DNA of 61,439 nucleotides, counting the filler, from Vannella sp. (lineage: Eukaryota): assembly GCA_023345925.1 (NCBI GenBank). It is 6 parts of 6 records of this genome, joined end to end, with 100 filler letters (N's around TTAATTAATTAA, not from the genome) between each part and the next. Parts side by side here need not be neighbours in the genome. Positions count along the whole stretch, not along the records: positions 1 to 19,029 come from JAJQQN010001302.1; positions 19,130 to 25,467 come from JAJQQN010000122.1; positions 25,568 to 33,479 come from JAJQQN010001164.1; 3 more parts are not named here. One strand, written 5' to 3'. The notes beneath the pieces are model-generated. The model saw nothing but the letters and a program-made list of their open reading frames with translations. It searched no databases and was not told where the DNA came from. A program made the position numbers and the translations under genes. Every line of letters begins with the position of its first letter. The stretch's first letter is position 1. This document shows positions 16,211 to 28,447 of the stretch, one piece after another.

Positions 16211-18320
16211 TCAGAAGGGAGGGGCTCTGTCCTGTGAGAGCTGAGGGAAGGCAGAACGAGGCATCTTTGTAGCTTGCGGGACTACTCCTGAGGAGATGAC
16301 TACGGTAGGGGGCTGGGAAACCATCGGGGTTGTGGGTGTTGAGGGAGGGCGACCACGCACCCCACTGACTTTGTTCCTGCGGCGCCCTTTTTGCTTTGCC
16401 TGTTGTGAATTAGTTCAAAGGCTCTTTGTGCTGGACTCCACGAAGAGACTTACCCCTCTCCGCCTGTAGATTTGTTCTACGACACGGAATTCTGCAAATT
16501 TACGGACAGATGCCCGATTGGCCTCCATACTTTGAGCAGCCATAGTATAGAAAGCCAGTCGCTTGTCATTGTTCGTTGTAATTCGATCCCGCAATTGCTG
16601 CTGAAGTAAGCGGATCTCAGAGCAGATCTCATCGTCTTCTCTCCTTGCCATATTCATGTCCTAACAAAGTCACTAGAAGTACCACAGAGTGTAGAGGAGT
16701 GTTACCTCATCAAGAAGTCCAATGCACATCAGCTCCATCCGAATCCGCTCTTCCAGCTTTAAGATGCGAGAAGAATTGTAATCTGTTGTTGGCGCAACAT
16801 CAATGGGGAGGAAGTTTCCTGCATCAGCTTCTGAAGACCGGTTAACTCTTCCACGAGTCCCGCTTAACTCTATCAGAGAAGCCATTACTCTCTGCGTCAA
16901 CTCTCCACACCCAACACCACGCGGAGTATCAGGCTCTTGTTCCATTTGACGGCCATCCTGCTGTCCATAATGCTTTCCAAGTGGAGGGATGATTGTCTGA
17001 ACCCCGTTGGGGTCTATAGGCTGCAGATGGGCGAGATCTACAGGGTTGAAGGGAGCCACATAAGGGTCCACACTGGCCCAGAAACCAACACTCGACACAA
17101 GTGGCGTCGCAGAGTTGTTAGCTGCTGGCTTGGAAGTGCCGTCGTCGTCCTCCTCCTCCTCATCGTCAGATGAATCCCTGTCCGACCGTTTTTTCTTCTT
17201 TCGTCGTCTCTTGGAGTTGGACTCGCTTCCATCCCTTCTCCTACGTCGCCCCTTCTTGAGAGTTATATCTTCATCGCTCAAGTCATCCATATCAGTGACT
17301 TCTACAGGGACTGGAAGCGCAGCCGCGAGTGTCTGAGTCGTTCGTGGTTCCTTTCGAGCTACCTGGCGAACAACACGAGTCGGAGTGCTCCTTTCCAACG
17401 TCACCGGCTCAGGGACTGCTTCTACTCTGACTGGGGCGATCGGAGGTGTTGTTGATCTCAAAGCGAGGGGTGTTATGGGACGGGGGGGCTCCTCTTCCTC
17501 ATCTATCAGCATCAAATCAGGGGCAGGAGGCCTCTCAAGCTTAGGAGCTGGTGGAGGTGGGATAGCCTGAGACGATTTGGGTCGACCACTCCCTTTGCGT
17601 TGACCAGAAAGCTCCGATTCCAGTTTCGCTAGCGCTCCTAGCCCTGCAGTGGGGCGATCTGGGTCGCACAGTTAGTTGTGAACGAGATGGGGAAGGAAGA
17701 ACTTACTTTTTGGTCTGGAAGTATGCGTTCCAGAGGTTTTTGAGCGCATCTGCTCCGCTTCTGTGATGAAAGGGATAGGGAACTCCTGCTTCTCTCGAAG
17801 GGCAGATAGATGATTCTCCTCTGCGCTGAAGAAACCACGAGCTACTCGTAACTCTCCACTGAAACTTGCCAAACTGTCTCGGAAAGAGCGCAGCTCCTTC
17901 CCGCTCCATTCCTCCAATGGGACCTTCCCATCCACCGGTTGGTTGCTTCTAATGGCAAACAATGGAATGGGTGCAAGGATATCCAACTTAGGTACGTCAA
18001 GAAGGACCACCGAGGGAGTGGAGTACTTGCGAGCAGGAGCGGCCTCTTCAAGAGAATCAGCCAAAACCGGGTTCCTGCAAGAAATAAATGATTAATTAAT
18101 GACCTCTAATTAATTATCAACTCTGGCGACTTTCAAAGGCTAGTTGGTGATGATGGTGAAGGGGAAGAGCAAAATGAAGGTGAAAGAAGGGAGAGAGATG
18201 AACATACTTTGGTGTTTCGGTGGGTGTCTTCTCTGTGGCTTGGGCCCACGAGGTTATCTTTTGCTGTCCAGCCTCCATCTTGGCCTTCTTCTTTGGGGGA
18301 CGACCACGCTTTGCTACCAT
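16211..18320 (-). CDS. TADA3: SAGA/ADA complex subunit ADA3 (NGG1/TADA3)-like
   Basis: FWASVDPY..F, IPPLGKHY, GELTQRVMASLIE, LEERIRMEL..IGLLD and REDDEICSEIRLLQQQL. Multi-exon; 3' end approximate. Confidence 0.8.
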
Positions 18321-18609
18321 CGTTCCTCTTTGTGAAATGTTCCGAGTGTTTGCTTCCAGGGCGCTGGCTTCAGAACTGAACTGGAAGACAGGTTTACTTC
18401 GCCTTCAGCGCTCGAACCAGCGGGAGAAACGACAAAGCTGTGTCTTTGACCGTTACATTTTTCGTTGCCCCTGCAAATTGAAGGAATTGAGCTTCATTTT
18501 ATCATTTAGATAACTTCGATTATCATTATAAAGGCTTTCTCACTTCTCACGAAAATTTTCGTAAGCTTGGCACTTGCGCCTTGAAGGAGTCCTTTTTTTC
18601 GCTTCTGCC

Positions 18610-19029
18610 ATGGGGTGAGTGACCCCACATGATCTGATCTTTCATGGGCCTAACGTCAGAATTAGTAAGCCCTCCGGTATCCGAGCTGGTCGCAAGTTGC
18701 ACACCGTACACAAGGACTCCCTCTGGGCCAAGAACTCCTACAAGAAGAAGATGCTTGGCACCGTCTGGAAGTCCAACCCCTTCCAAGGAGCCTCTCACGC
18801 TAAGGGCATTGTTGTTGAGAAGTTGGGTATTGAGGCCAAGCAGCCTAACTCCGCTATCCGAAAGTGCGTCCGTGTTCAATTGATTAAGAACGGCAAGAAG
18901 ATCACCGCCTTCGTCCCCCGCGATGGTTGCTTGAACTTTGTTGATGAAAACGTAAGGGAACTTGTCTGACGAAAGTTTTTTGTCTCACATCTTTCTTAGG
19001 ACCAGGTTCTCGTCGCTGGTTTCGGTCGT
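18610..19029 (+). CDS. RPS23: 40S ribosomal protein S23 (uS12), 3'-truncated by contig end
   Basis: [57 protein letters not shown]. Intron 18615-18665. Confidence 0.97.
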
Positions 19030-19129
19030 NNNNNNNNNNNNNNNNNNNNNNNNNNNNNNNNNNNNNNNNNNNNTTAATTAATTAANNNNNNNNNNNNNNN
19101 NNNNNNNNNNNNNNNNNNNNNNNNNNNNN
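19030..19129. other. Artificial contig linker
   Basis: 44 N + TTAATTAATTAA (stops in all frames) + 44 N. Confidence 0.98.
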
Positions 19130-20427
19130 AGAAGCCCTTCAACTTGTCTATCTCGCAGGTAAGTCACCCGTAGTGGTCCAAAGAGTGACTACTGACTGGT
19201 GCATGAAGGGAGGGACACCCTCGGAAGGCGAATTGTAGTCGTTGAAGCCTCCAATCTTCCTGTAAAGGAGGTCAACCTTGAAGAGGTTCTTCTCTTCTTC
19301 ATTCAAAAGCTTCATTCTGTCGTCTCTAACGAGTACGCTTTGGTCTTTATCAGTACAAACGCAAAAAGCTCCAACCGCCCACCACTCGAGTGGCTAAAGA
19401 AGGCGTATTCTATGTTCAATCGAGGGTAAGAGTGCTTCACACCTTCAGCCCCTTCTCACATGGAGGGACCACTCGAACCAGGTACAAGAAGAACATGAAG
19501 AGCCTTTACGTCGTCCATCCCAACCGACTCCTCCGAGCAACACTCACATTGTGTCGTCCCTTTGTCAGCGCCAAGTTTTGGAAGAAAGTGGTCTTCGTGG
19601 ATAACATCGACGACCTCTATCGCAGCATGGACCCCTCCCAGATCAAGATCCCTCCCTACGTCATTCGCTACAACATCAAGATCAACGAGCGGTTGCCTGT
19701 CTTTGGAGCCCACCTCGATGACGTGCTCAAGATCGAGCACAGCACTTCCGGTGTCCCTGAGGTAGGTCCTCCGGCTTGCATACCGTGAGAGTGAGGCTGA
19801 TTGTCTCCGTGTAGGTGATTGAGAAGACAGTGGACTACTTGTACGGGCACCTCCATGTCCAAGGCCTCTTCCGTCAAAGCGGGCTCGCCACCCACATTGC
19901 TGAGCTCAAGTCAGCCTTTAATCGAGGTGGGATACTTCTTTTGGAGACCCAGTCGTCCTTACAATGGTGGGACAGGGGAGGACGTGGATCTCTCTGATGA
20001 AGACGATCCCCATTCGATCGCTTCCCTCCTCAAGCTCTTCCTACGGGAGCTGCCAGACCCCATCTTCACATCACGCGCACACGATACCTTCATGCAGATT
20101 CAGATCAGCATGAAAGACATGGAGGACGCTTGGCTGTCCACCATCAGTAACCTTCTTCTGACTCTTCCTGAGAATAACCTCCGCGTGATGAGGATCATCT
20201 TCGATCTGGCGTATGCCACTCAAAAGTACTCGGATAAGAACCTCATGACCTCCAAGAACCTCTCCATTGTGTTAGGACCAAACCTCCTTCGGGGGAAGAA
20301 CCTTGACACGCTGGCCTCTATGACGGAAACTCCAGTGTGCAACGCACTCGTGAAGAACATCCTTGACCATTACGAGGTGATCTTCTTCACAGAGCCTTTC
20401 ACCAGCCTCCCCAACCTAAGTAAATAG
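19130..20427 (+). CDS. CRAL-TRIO/BCH domain RhoGAP (ARHGAP1/8-like), 5'-truncated
   Basis: GRDTLGRRIVV, YKKNMKSLYVVHP..PFVSAKFWKK (BCH). GLFRQSG, IASLLKLFLRELPDP and NLMTSKNLSIVLGPNLL (RhoGAP). Confidence 0.88.
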
Positions 20428-20536
20428 ACTTTTGTCGCTCTTGTCCCTCCTCGACCTCCTGTCTCTTCCTTTGAGCTGTTGTCTCGTTTATCTTCGTCAC
20501 CTGTTCTGATTGAGACACTCTCAGCTGCTGTGGGGC

Positions 20537-20880
20537 CTAGAAGGCACCACCCGCCTGAGAAATGGTCAGAAGGAGAAGAAGAGCAGAGGATTGGGCCTAC
20601 TTCGATGACAGCAATCATCTCATTGGTCATCTTTGAGGGCTTAAAGCGAAGAGGAAGATCCTCCCATGAGAGTACAGGCCCATTGGACTTGGTAGAAGCG
20701 GCCTTCTTCTCCACTGCCTTCTCTGTAGTCTTCCCACCAACTACCCAACCAACATCAACCCCATCCTTTCACACTCCTCCCCAACCAGTGCCCCTCACCT
20801 TGCGACCCTGAACGGTCAGGGAAGTGGACCAAAGGCTTGTGAACATGACGAGAGGAAAGCGCGCGTGCAGTCCGCAACAT
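20537..20880 (-). CDS. MRPS36: KGD4/MRPS36 (2-oxoglutarate dehydrogenase adaptor), three exons
   Basis: Arg/Ser-rich presequence MLRTARALSSRHVHKPLVHFPDR and C-terminal WEDLPLRFKPSKMTNEMIAVIE|AGGAF*. Not shown intact in the ORF track. Confidence 0.75.
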
Positions 20881-20944
20881 CCTACTTGGAAATGGACTGA
20901 AATATATTCTGTTTAGTGGCGATGGAGGTCACTTTCTCCGAGCC

Positions 20945-22348
20945 ATGAAGGCGGCTTCGTCTCGGCGTGGTCTCGTGATCGGTGACCAGGTGGCTCGTCG
21001 AGGAGCTAATCCTTTAGCGTCGATCGTTGTGCGTGTGCTGTTGTGCGTGGGATGCTTTATTGCAGTGTGTGTGATTTTGGTGGTTTCCATGAAGGGAGAT
21101 GGCGTTCTCCCTGAGCGCTTACCCTTTATTGGTGATGAGAAGACTCCTCTGATTGTTCTCTTACATGGAAAGCCGGAGGGTGCACCTTATGAATGGAACA
21201 CCGGCGTATGGACTGGCTGGGGAGAGCGTGAGTCTGTCCGACTCGTCCTACCTTTACCTAACGTGGGGTTCTCCACAGATGATGGAGATATGTTCAGTAA
21301 GGTTATCCCACAGAGGCTTAACTGGCAAGCAGAAGGCGCCTTTGTCATGAAAGGGTGTGTCGTTCACTGCCATATTACCCATGACCAGTCACTGATCCCT
21401 CAAGCTGACGCTGTCGTGATGGAGGTAAGAAGTTGGCAGGCTCAAGCTTCCAGAAGGACTGACATCGCCTGCCTCTTTAGCTCGTCAACCACTACAAGTT
21501 TTACGGACAAGACACCAAGTTGCCCTTGCCCATCCCCCGCAAGAGTTTGGACGGGAAGCCCCTGATCGGACTCTTCCACTACGAGAGTGAGACAGAGTAC
21601 GGGGCAAAGATTACAGGGAACTCTGAGGTGATGAAGCATGTCGACTTTACCATCATCCCTAAGCCTTCTGCGGATCTTCCCATCACTTTGATCTGCCTTT
21701 GGGGCTTCCCGTGGGAGCAATACCTCGCTCCACCACCTCCCAAAATCTTTGACACTCCTAATGTCCACCCATTCCCCGGATCTGATGTGTATGTTGCCGA
21801 CTTCCGCGGTGTGATCCCTCCAGGCTACACAAAGTTCTTCAAAGAGCTCTCCACCCTGATCAACATCGACTTCTTCGCTGGACCTTACCGTAATGCTGAA
21901 GCTCCCAGCCCATACGTCCTGTCAGAGCGTATTGCTCACATGGGACGCTACTCTTTCGTCATCATTGCAGAGAGCATCATCGAGGATGACTGGTACGTTG
22001 CTTTCACTTGTCCTTCCTGCCCCTCTGGTGACTCATTTGTGACATAGGATCTGCCCTGAGTTCTCCCAGGCTCTTTTGTCTGGTGCTGTCCCGATCTACA
22101 TTGGTGCTCCTAACATTGAAGAGTATCTGCCTGGAGAAGGGGCAATCCTCAATGCCAAGAGGTTCGAAACAGCAGCCGACCTCGCCGCTTATGTGGAGCG
22201 TCTCGGGCGCTCTCCATCGCTCTACCAAGGTATGCACATGATGTGGAAAGAGAAGGGCCTGTCCCCTTCGTTCCGAAAGCACTTGTCCCACTGCGCACAC
22301 ATCGCCGAGTGCCGAATGTGCACCCACGTTCTGTCCACGATGCAGTAA
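20945..22348 (+). CDS. Alpha-1,3/4-fucosyltransferase (GT10), type II membrane
   Basis: N-terminal TM helix, C.ITHDQSLIPQADAVV, YSFVIIAESIIEDDW, GAVPIYIGAPNIEEYLP. Confidence 0.82.
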
Positions 22349-22408
22349 AGAGGGAAACAAACGAATGAACGGATGAATGGATGAATTGGGTACTAAAAGA
22401 GGCCGTTC

Positions 22409-25400
22409 CTACTTCTCTCGCAGAACTTGAATCTTGCCCGCGTCGCTCATCAAGTATTGGGCTCGTCGGACAATGGCATCGAATGTCTCGCGCCGTTTCA
22501 GCATGCCGTTGATGTCGAATGTCTGTTTCACTTGTCAGCTGACATCACACCATCACAAATGAGACCGAGAGGGAGGGGGTGTTCTTACTGATCCATCCAA
22601 GAGCGCCACTCGACCTGAAGTGCCTTTGCCAAGAAGGCCTCCCTTCAGCTGTTGGTCCAATGGTCAGAGAATGTTCACTGTTCACGCTCGACATGTGCAC
22701 TCAGCGTACCTTGAATAGCTTGGTGACATCAGCAAGATGCGTGGCTCGGTGGTTGGACCCCGTCGGGGATTCCACGCACAGATACTTTTTGGTGAGGAAG
22801 ACGGAGCAGTTGGAGACCAAGGGGAAGTCTACACATGCAGTAAACGAGTGAGTCAACCAGTACGAAGAGGCATGCATCCACCTTCAACTCACATTCAATG
22901 GGAGACTCTGTGTCTGGCAAGTTAAACTTCTTCTGGAAGGCCAAGACGGCTGCTGGAATCTTTACCGTAGTGGAAGCTACCGTAGTAGGTGGAGCACTCT
23001 CTACTGGAGTCTCTATTTGTGTGAGTTTGGGGAGGGGTTCAACGAGGATAAAGTCGTCGCTTGTGCCAAGCTTTGGATCCTTCTTTGAGGGAACCTTGAG
23101 TTCCTGTGAGTGGGCAGAGGTCGTTGAGGCCTCAGGAGGGAGATGGATGGGAATCTCTGCTGGAATCTCTAACGGCGCTGGTGGCGGCGACGAAGCCAAC
23201 TCGCATTGGTCACGACGGTTCCGGAACTGCTCGGTATCGATCTTCAAGCCCACGCCAGGTAGATGCAGGTTGCTATTGGCTTGCTCTCGAGCGCGCTGCT
23301 CTCGCTCTCGCTCAGCTTGGATCTGTTGTTGGGCTTGTAACATGGCGCCGCGGGTCTTGAAAGAAGGCATTGACTGCGATGGCGCAACGTGAGACATGGG
23401 AGGTGTAGGCGCTGGTTCTGAAGGAGCATTCATCACAGCACTGGCATTGCGACCCAACACAGGAGATCCCTTCCCAGTCTCAGGCTTCTGCAAGCGAACC
23501 CGTTGATTCGCCGGAACATTGGCGGGAACGGGAGTGCTCGGCTTGGTCAGCGCGACGGACTTCTCCAGATTGACGAAGCGTTTCAGAGCAACCACCCACT
23601 CCTGAAGGAGCTGCTTGGAAGGCGCTGACAGGATGATTTGGCGCTTCCCGCCATCCAACTGGTTGAGCTCCACACAGAAGCGGGTGAAGTTCTCTGTCAC
23701 GTACATCCGTTGGATGCTGTACTCGTCCAGATGATAGGAGCGAAGCGGGGCAGAGTCTGTGTTAGTAGCAAAGGAGTAAAGGATGCCCAGTGAGCTAATC
23801 TGAATCCAGCGCTGCTTCCACGAGTGGATGATGGAGCCCTCCATCTTGTTGAGGTAGCCCTGCTTGGAGAACTGCTCGTCCTTGCTGGGTCCTGCTACAT
23901 GCCCACTGTCATCCCCACTGGAGAAGGCCGACCGGTCAGATTCTGCTGGCTTATCCTCCTTCCCTTCATCAGTGCCGCTCTTGTCAATGGAGGTGTGCCA
24001 GCACTCTGCAATGGTGTTGGAGATGGTGACCATCCACATGGCCTTGTCCTCTTCTGACTCTCCCACGATGGTCAAAAACTTGGTGTTCGTGGCATAGCAC
24101 ACACGGAAGGCGTAGGGGACGTCGGTATCGTCACGCACGACGGCGTCCCGAAGCATGATGACCCGATCGAAGACCAGATCTGCTGCAAAGGCAGCTGCTG
24201 CATCACGAGCAACACCCACCACACCTGAAAAGGAGGTTCCCTCTTGGATAGCAGCGGTAGCAGCTGCTTGGGTGAGTGGCCCGAGGTTCCAAGAGCGTTT
24301 GCGGGCTAAGAGGAGGAGATCGTTGAAGACAAAGACGTGGCGTCGGTGGATGCGGTCTGTAAGGATGAGTACAGAACCCTCCTTGACGTAGAAGCGATGG
24401 GGCTCCATCAGGTTGGGCATGGCAGACGAGGAGGAGCCGGCAAGCTTACTCTGGATCAGGAAGACAGCCTGTAGCTTCTCATTCGCTCTCTGAGACTCGT
24501 TAATGAACTCTGCTAGCTTTCTCGTCTCCTCAATCGTGTCACAGAGAGCACCACGGCCTGGATCATCCGGTGCAGTGTTGCTCAGCAACTCCTTTAGCAG
24601 AAGGACGTACCGCGGGATACGTTGAACAGGTGTGATAGAGAGATCCGTGAGATCACCGTTGGGATTGAGCTCCCCAGGGAAGGCATTCTGGGTCTGTGTC
24701 ATCCACTCGCGGAAGAACTTGTTCGAACTCTTCAGCTCTATGAGAGTGGAGAGGTGAGCTTGATAGCAGTTGACGTAAGAAGAGTACGCCTTAAAGTAAG
24801 GGATCATTCCAGAGAAGATACGGGCCATCTCCAGCGCATTGTTGGCGCTCGAGGCGTCTGGATCACCGTAGGCCCCTTGGAGGTCCTTGAAGAGCACTTG
24901 GTTCGTAGACTGGAGCACCTTAACGTTCATGAAGATCGTTTGGAACTGAGCACGGGTCAACAGCTTGCAAGAGTCCTCTCCAGCGTTGAGGAGATCCTCA
25001 AGAGGGACCATGTAGCAGTCAATAAAGAGGCGCAGTTGACGGTTGTAAGACTTCTCTGTCTCTATGATCTCACGTACGACTTGTCGCCAGCGCCGCTTCT
25101 GCCGTTGGACAGGATCCTCTTCATCTGAAGGTGCTGGTGGTTGCTCGGGAGCCTTCTCTTCCACAACCTCCTCAGCCTTCGCGCCCACCTGCCGAGCAAC
25201 AGGAACGGTGGGAGTTGCTGGGGCGCCATCTGCACGTACTCGACTACGGACTAAGTCGCGCAGAAGGCGTTGAGCGTCCTCATCGCGCTCATGAGCGTCC
25301 AACTCCAGCTTCTGGAGGAGATGAAAGAGGCTCTTCATGTCACTTTCTACCTCTACGTAGACATCCTTCTTGGTCAACTTGGCCTGCAAAGAGCGTACGA

Positions 25401-25467
25401 CCGCGTACGCCTCACTAAAGAGATCCTCACGGTGCTCCTCCTCGCTCCAATCCTCAAACGAGTCATC
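22409..25467 (-). CDS. RhoGEF (DH-PH-PH) with C-terminal GRAM-like domain, 5'-truncated
   Basis: VVREIIETEKSY and ITPVQRIPRYVLLLKELL (DH); two PH domains; FQKKFNLPDTESPIE..(GRAM-like). Confidence 0.85.
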
Positions 25468-25567
25468 NNNNNNNNNNNNNNNNNNNNNNNNNNNNNNNNN
25501 NNNNNNNNNNNTTAATTAATTAANNNNNNNNNNNNNNNNNNNNNNNNNNNNNNNNNNNNNNNNNNNN
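25468..25567. other. Artificial contig linker
   Basis: N44-TTAATTAATTAA-N44. Confidence 0.98.
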
Positions 25568-25934
25568 TCGGCGTCACATGCCCGACACCTAATCGGGAAT
25601 AAAACTCGATCGTTCCAAGAAATCATTCCTGAGAACCAGAGAAGAGAACGATGACCTCTTTCGATTCCTTGGGGTGTTTTTTACCCGATACAGTTCGGAG
25701 GAGGTCATCGTTCTCTTCTCTGGTTCGAACGATGCTGTGGAGCAGTTGTGGGGAGATTCCTTGAACCTCAAACAGGTATATTCAGCACAACCAAAGGAGG
25801 ATTGGCTTTAGGTCAGGTAGAACTGCTCCTGTGGAGAAAGCAGTGAGGGCGACAGCAGCCTCGGTCGGGGCGAGAATGATTTCTTGGAACGATCGGGTTT
25901 TATTCCCGATTAGGTGTCGGGCATGTGACGCCGA
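25568..25934. repeat. Nested inverted repeats / long fold-back structure
   Basis: 61-bp arms 25568-25628 and 25874-25934 with one T/G mismatch. Inner perfect 26-bp arms 25633-25658 and 25701-25726. Confidence 0.9.
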
Positions 25935-26170
25935 ATCGGTCCATTTAACTGGACCTGATCGTTGTCATCTCCCTTCTAATGTACGTGATTAGTTTAGGCT
26001 GAACGAGGTGGGAAGATCCCGTCCTGCCTGATGAATCACTCGCTTCTTTGGAGGTCAAACGCGCGAGGATGGATCTGCTGCTTTGGTGCGTTCAGATATG
26101 GGAGAGAGGAAAGAAGAGGTTGGTTTTAGTGGGTTTTGAAGGGTTTTGGAGGATTCTGAGTCATTTGGTG

Positions 26171-27085
26171 ATGGGTGAAGGTCCGCGCTCTACTTTGGGT
26201 CGGGCGAATGGCCTCTTTGTGTTGACCTTGGTGGAGAAGGACAATCGATTCCATCCTCAGCTGATGAAGGAGCTTCACGAGCACTTCGATGTCATTGAAA
26301 GGTGAGCGGGATGGGCTGGACGTGTTTGGAATGGCTCTTCTCATGATGGGACGAAGGGAGGATGGTCCTACGGCTTTGATTATCACTGTGTTGCCAGGAC
26401 AAGTTCTTCTCTAACGGACTAGACACGGACTCTCTCTTGAATGTTGCAGATCCGACCGAGTACATCAGAGCCTACCAAGCTGTCCTGGCACGCCTTCTTT
26501 GCCTCAATGTTCCGTACGAAGGGCAACCTGACCAGGGAGTGTCGCTCATTAGAACGTAGCACTATTGCTGTCATCAATGGACACGCTTACGCAGGCGGAT
26601 TGATGTTTGCCTTTGCATGTGACTACAGAATGATGCGAGAGGACCGCGGTTTCCTCTGTCTGCCAGAAGTATGCTCTTTGCTGGTTAAGCACCATTCGCT
26701 TCTTACTCTGTTAGGTTGACTTGGGCTTTGATCTGAGTCCTGGGATGACAGGTAATGGGTGAAGGCTGGGCGTTGTTGTGGCGTTCTCACTTCGACTTCA
26801 GCGTTAATCAAGGAGCGAATCAACTCTCCCGTCGGTGTAAGAGAGATGATTCTCATTGGAAAGAAAGTGGATGCGACGCAGGGCAAGGCGTTGGGGATCA
26901 TTGATTCAGTGCACAGTGATGAGACACTCTTCTCTGAAGCTCTTCTTCTTGCACAAAAAGTGGCGCCCAAGTCTGTTATCCGCTCTGCGTTCGGTCGTCT
27001 TAAGAAGAGCACCTATGTTCATGTCTACAATGCCTTATTGGAAGTCCCTTTAGTGACCCCACCGCAGCCAAAAGCATCTCTTTGA
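26171..27085 (+). CDS. Enoyl-CoA delta isomerase (crotonase superfamily); +1 frameshift near 26388
   Basis: DNRF, GPTALIIT..DKFFSNGLD, TIAVINGHAYAGGLMFAFACDYRMMREDRGFLCLPE. Confidence 0.82.
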
Positions 27086-27093
27086 GAGAAGGC

Positions 27094-28273
27094 TCATGGA
27101 CCTGAAGGGATGTAACGCTTTGCTAATACAAAGATGACACACTCGATACCGCCATGGTTGATACGAACTTGAGATTGATTGATCCAACGCCGGTCCTTGT
27201 TGATAATGCGATTGAGCAATTGGTTATGCGAAGTCAGCAATACCACTCGCCCTTTCTTCTTCAACACTCGAAAGAACTCCTCTAAGAGTCTTGGATAGTT
27301 ATAAGTGACAGATCCCTCGTTTGCTATGCGTTTGCCAAATGGGAGATCAGTGATAATCCCTTCCACAGAGTTGTCACGAAGTGGAAGATGTGACGCATCC
27401 CACTTCATCACGTCCACTTCACAAAGCTTATTTCTCTGCATAGAGGCAACAGAAGTAACGTTTTGTGTAGTCTTCAAAACGGCAACATCAGCATTGTCAC
27501 CGCAAATGCACGTTCCCCGAAAAGTGCCCAGATCTAACATTTCCAAAACAATCATTCCACTTCCGGTCATGGGCTCCAGAATGACGCCTTCGTGTTGGTC
27601 CAATAAGGTGAGCATTCCGTAGCAGATGGACGGTTTCAAGGAGGTCTTCCCCATACTCAAAGCTGGACCTTGGTAAGCTCTGTTCTTCCATAAAGCTGTC
27701 TTGGAGAGTGCAAGGCCCATCCACAGGTGACCTTTTCTCATATTGATGTAGAATTCAGCCTTCCAATCCTCAATATCAGCAACCAAATGGGGCAGAACCT
27801 CCCCAGTGGAAGAAGGCGAAAGTGCCTTGAAGCGATGTTCCAAGGTCTCGGCAGTTCGGTGAGAGAACTCCGTCTTCTCCACCAACTTCGTCTTTCCTCT
27901 TATCTTTGTCGTCACACGGAACTGGATTGGAAGGTGATTGGAGGATACCTGCTCGAGAGGCAGCAGCTTTTGCCACAAAGCCAAGGCCATATCCCATTGC
28001 TGACTGGTCCACACTGATATCCTCTCTTGTAGCTTGTTGAAGAGTTCTTCTGCAGTGGTAAAGTCCACCTCTGCCACAAGAATGAACACTTTCTCCGCCG
28101 ATCGAAGCGTGAGTAACGAAGCAACCTCCTGATCGTTCTCTAATCCGCTGACGAACACTCGCCCGATCTGTCTCTTCAGTTACCACTTTCCTTCCCAGCA
28201 AACCAGTTGTCTCCTGCTCGCAGATACGCTCCAAACCAGCCACCACTGTCACGACCAACACCGTTCCCTCCAT
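27094..28273 (-). CDS. THUMP-domain RNA m2G methyltransferase (THUMPD2/3, Trm14-like); +1 frameshift near 28175
   Basis: TVVAGLE, LRSAEKVF, TSLKPSICYGM, ILEPMTGSGMI, WDASHLPL, IITDLPFGKR. Confidence 0.8.
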
Positions 28274-28447
28274 CACACAATAAACTGTCCACAGAATAAT
28301 CTCGCAAGTCAACAGAAAGATCAGTTAAGAAGAGAACTGAAGCCCACCTGGGTACCTGAAAGGAAGGAAATGATGAGCAGACTGATTGTGGTTTATCAAA
28401 AATTTCAGACAACTTAGCAGTCTGAAGACGGAAGAAGACCTTCTCAT

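Noticed and set aside
19030..19129. Palindromic TTAATTAATTAA inside N runs, five times in the window
   Set aside because: Identical 100-nt artificial linkers. Genes on either side are not necessarily neighbours.
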